18,367 nucleotides of DNA from UHGV virus genome UHGV-0120185. The stretch is one strand, 5' to 3'. Position numbers and translations under genes: made by a program. Position 1 is the first letter of the stretch. The number at the start of each line of letters is the position of its first letter. This DNA is from a virus. This document shows positions 16,180 through 18,367 of the stretch, piece by piece. The notes beneath the pieces are model-generated. The model had not been told where the DNA came from and did no database searches. It worked only from the letters and a program-made list of their open reading frames with translations.

Positions 16180-16830
16180 ATGGCCGTCAACTCAAACGGT
16201 TCAAACAATCGCGTTGCTGGGCGTGATTTTCACGAAAAGAATATTCAGATAGAGCGATATGATGGTTCTCAGACCGTCAATATCGCAATCCCTTCGAATA
16301 ATGATGATGACGATCGCCCTTTGCTTAAGGCTCAGCGTAAGGAGCTAAATAGCTTGGTTGCTGCTATTGCAGAAGCTAGCAATACTGAAGCGTTTATTAT
16401 TTGGCAAAAAGTACATGCGGAGATTGGTGTAGCTGGTATTGATGATATGACAGTAAATCAATATAAAACAGCGGAGAGTTTTCTGCATGCAATGCTTGAG
16501 CGATGTAAAGATCATGATGCCTGTAAGGCTCTTGTAAGTTTATTACTACGTAACAGTGAAGACTGTGGACTTCGACAAAAACTTCTGCGGTATTGCCATA
16601 TCAATTTCGGTACAGGACGTTTAAACGATCTTACTCGTTCTCAGTTACAGTCTGCATTGTCGTGGTTAGAGCAACAATCGGCATCAAGCCACACAGAGAG
16701 TTCGACCTTACCAGAAGTCCGACTTCGTGCTTCAGAATTAATCCGACTTTATCCAAAAGAAATAATATTCTTTATCTGCGTAGGGGTTTTGGTAGGCGGT
16801 GTCATTTCTAGGGCGTTTTTTAATTTGTAA
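16180..16830 (+). CDS. tail-anchored membrane protein of unknown function (216 aa), lysogeny-operon moron
   Basis: Strong RBS GGGAGG before ATG. Single C-terminal TM 'IIFFICVGVLVGGVISRAFF'; acidic DDDD stretch. N-terminus repeats the repressor C-terminal motif. AT-rich relative to the backbone. Confidence 0.65.
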   Translation: MAVNSNGSNNRVAGRDFHEKNIQIERYDGSQTVNIAIPSNNDDDDRPLLKAQRKELNSLVAAIAEASNTEAFIIWQKVHAEIGVAGIDDMTVNQYKTAESFLHAMLERCKDHDACKALVSLLLRNSEDCGLRQKLLRYCHINFGTGRLNDLTRSQLQSALSWLEQQSASSHTESSTLPEVRLRASELIRLYPKEIIFFICVGVLVGGVISRAFFNL

Positions 16831-16859
16831 TCTTACTTGAGCTAAATTGAGGTAATGAT

Positions 16860-17207
16860 ATGAAAGTAAAAAAGGTTCAACTATTAGTTACTTTTTTATC
16901 TATGTTTTCTTTTTCCGCCGTCGCAATGCCTTTTAAAACTATTGAACGTGAGAGTTTCAATGGGGTATGGCCATTTAATACTGATGAGGTTCAATTACAG
17001 TGTCTTGATGGTAATCCTTATGTGATGAATTTTGACGATAATAAGTTATATGCACTTACAGGTTTGGCTCGAATAAAAGGTAAAACATTTGGTGCGTTAC
17101 CGTTAGATAACAATAATCCATTTTGGCTAGATAATGATGCCGCCCCAGGGTTAAAAAAGAGTCTGGGGGATGTCACTAAGGCTGCATTTGATTTATGTGA
17201 TAAGTAA
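16860..17207 (+). CDS. secreted/periplasmic small protein of unknown function (115 aa), lysogeny-operon moron
   Basis: Signal peptide 'MKVKKVQLLVTFLSMFSFSAVA' with an AVA cleavage site; two Cys in the mature part. RBS GAGGT. Very AT-rich. Confidence 0.65.
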   Translation: MKVKKVQLLVTFLSMFSFSAVAMPFKTIERESFNGVWPFNTDEVQLQCLDGNPYVMNFDDNKLYALTGLARIKGKTFGALPLDNNNPFWLDNDAAPGLKKSLGDVTKAAFDLCDK

Positions 17208-17212
17208 CTAAA

Positions 17213-18214
17213 ATGTCGGTTCGTAAGATTCCATCAGGTAAATGGCTTTGCGAATGTTATCCCTACGGGGCATCGGGAAAACGCATTCGTAAACAGTTTG
17301 CGACAAAAAGTGAGGCGCTCTCTTATGAGCGCCGTTTAATGAATAGTAGAGTTGGAGACGAGTTTCAAGATGGTTCTGGTCCTCGTCTTTCTGAGTTGAT
17401 TGCTCGTTGGTTTGAGATGTACGGTAAAACCTTGTCCTCTGGTGCAGAGCGCAAAGTCAAACTTGAGGCGATTTGTTCCAGGCTGGGAGATCCATTTGCT
17501 TCTCAGTTTGACAAAAATATGTTTGCTACTTATCGGGAAAGAAGGCTATCAGGAGAATGGAATCCCAAGGGGAAGAAAAAACTTAGTGAAGCAACCGTTA
17601 ATCGCGAGCAGTCATATCTACATGCTGTTTTTGCCGAACTGAAGCGCCTTGGGGAGTGGTCTGGTGAAAACCCCCTGACTGGTATTCGCAAGTTTCGTGA
17701 GGAAGAAAAGGAACTGGCGTTTCTGTATGTAGATGAGATTGAACGCCTTCTGATTGCGTGTGATGAGTCACGGAATAAAGATTTGGGGGTTGTTGTCCGT
17801 ATTGGGCTTGCGACGGGTGCTCGGTGGAGTGAAGCAGAAGGATTAAAGCAATCTCAAGTACTGCCCGGTCGAATCACATTTGTTAAAACTAAAGGAAAGA
17901 AGAACCGCACTGTACCGATTTCACCTCAATTGCAGGCTATGCTTCCTAAAAAACGAGGAGCGCTATTTTCACCATGTTATGAGGCTTTTGACGCTGCAAT
18001 TAAGAGAGCGAAGATCGAGCTTCCTGATGGGCAATTAACTCATGTGCTACGTCACACGTTTGCCAGTCATTTTATGATGCGGGGCGGAAATATTCTTGTG
18101 TTGCAAAAAATACTGGGGCATAGCGATATAAAAATGACTATGCGTTATGCGCATTTTGCTCCAGGTCATTTAGAGGCTGCTGTTGAATTGAACCCTTTTG
18201 ACAATAGAGGGTAA
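17213..18214 (+). CDS. int: P2-type tyrosine integrase
   Basis: 'LATGARWSEA', 'FVKTKGKKNRTVPIS', 'HVLRHTFASHFMMRGGNILVLQKILGHSDIKMTMRYAHFAP', 'LNP' match the P2 Int catalytic region as recalled (R, H-x-x-R, Y). Confidence 0.92.
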   Translation: MSVRKIPSGKWLCECYPYGASGKRIRKQFATKSEALSYERRLMNSRVGDEFQDGSGPRLSELIARWFEMYGKTLSSGAERKVKLEAICSRLGDPFASQFDKNMFATYRERRLSGEWNPKGKKKLSEATVNREQSYLHAVFAELKRLGEWSGENPLTGIRKFREEEKELAFLYVDEIERLLIACDESRNKDLGVVVRIGLATGARWSEAEGLKQSQVLPGRITFVKTKGKKNRTVPISPQLQAMLPKKRGALFSPCYEAFDAAIKRAKIELPDGQLTHVLRHTFASHFMMRGGNILVLQKILGHSDIKMTMRYAHFAPGHLEAAVELNPFDNRG

Positions 18215-18320
18215 AAAGTGGCGATAAAAAGTGACAATAGATTCAAATGGCGTTGTATAGAGCCATTTTCAAAGTTAATAAAATCATAAGGTTATGATTT
18301 ATAAATGGTGGTTGATAGTT

Positions 18321-18367
18321 TTTAAAATCCCTCGGCGTTCGCGCTGTGCGGGTTCAAGTCCCGCTCC
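18321..18367 (+). other. att core: 3' part of a class II tRNA-Leu (anticodon UAA, leuZ-like), truncated copy continuing past the window end
   Basis: TTTAAAATCCCTCGGCGTTCGCGCTGTGCGGGTTCAAGTCCCGCTCC matches the anticodon-loop-to-T-arm portion of enterobacterial tRNA-Leu(UAA) as recalled. T-arm GCGGG-TTCAAGT-CCCGC and long variable arm are visible. Upstream sequence cannot form the anticodon stem or acceptor/D arms, so this is a partial copy. Confidence 0.6.

Noticed and set aside
18300-18367. Possibility that an intact tRNA gene ends the window
   Set aside because: Identity to tRNA-Leu starts only at the anticodon loop; upstream sequence (ATGGTGGTTGATAGTT) resembles but does not reconstitute the D-arm/anticodon stem and there is no acceptor 5' strand. 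Treated as a partial att core copy.
1-18367. CRISPR arrays, rRNA genes, IS elements or transposases
   Set aside because: No regularly spaced repeat/spacer array, no rRNA-like sequence, and no transposase-like ORF or terminal inverted repeats; the only mobile-element signature is the prophage itself.

Overview
The window is the integrase-proximal ~18 kb of a P2-family (Peduovirus-like) prophage in an enterobacterial chromosome. All family assignments below come from reading the translations and recalling family motifs; no database search was run. Gene order mirrors P2: a late/lysis block on the minus strand (3'-truncated NanS-like esterase, o-/i-spanins, M15 endolysin, holin, gpX, gpL, gpO), then divergent gpP (terminase ATPase) and gpQ (portal) reading toward the cos-proximal non-coding region, then gpA (rolling-circle initiator) and early-operon small genes on the minus strand, a Cox-like gene, the switch region, an XRE repressor, and a P2-type tyrosine integrase followed by the att core (the 3' 47 nt of a class II tRNA-Leu, anticodon UAA, running off the window end). 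Three things stand out. (1) Between cos and gpA, where P2 carries tin/old, sits a translationally coupled pair: a small protein whose C-terminus closely resembles the ClpX N-terminal zinc-ribbon domain, plus a 112-aa partner; next to it is a complete ParM/ParR actin-type partition cassette with flanking ~38-bp direct repeats. (2) Between the repressor and integrase are two AT-rich lysogeny-operon morons (a tail-anchored membrane protein and a secreted protein); the membrane protein's N-terminus repeats a peptide motif from the repressor's C-terminus. (3) The capsid gene N and small terminase gene M are replaced by one in-frame N'-'M fusion ORF, so the prophage is probably defective.
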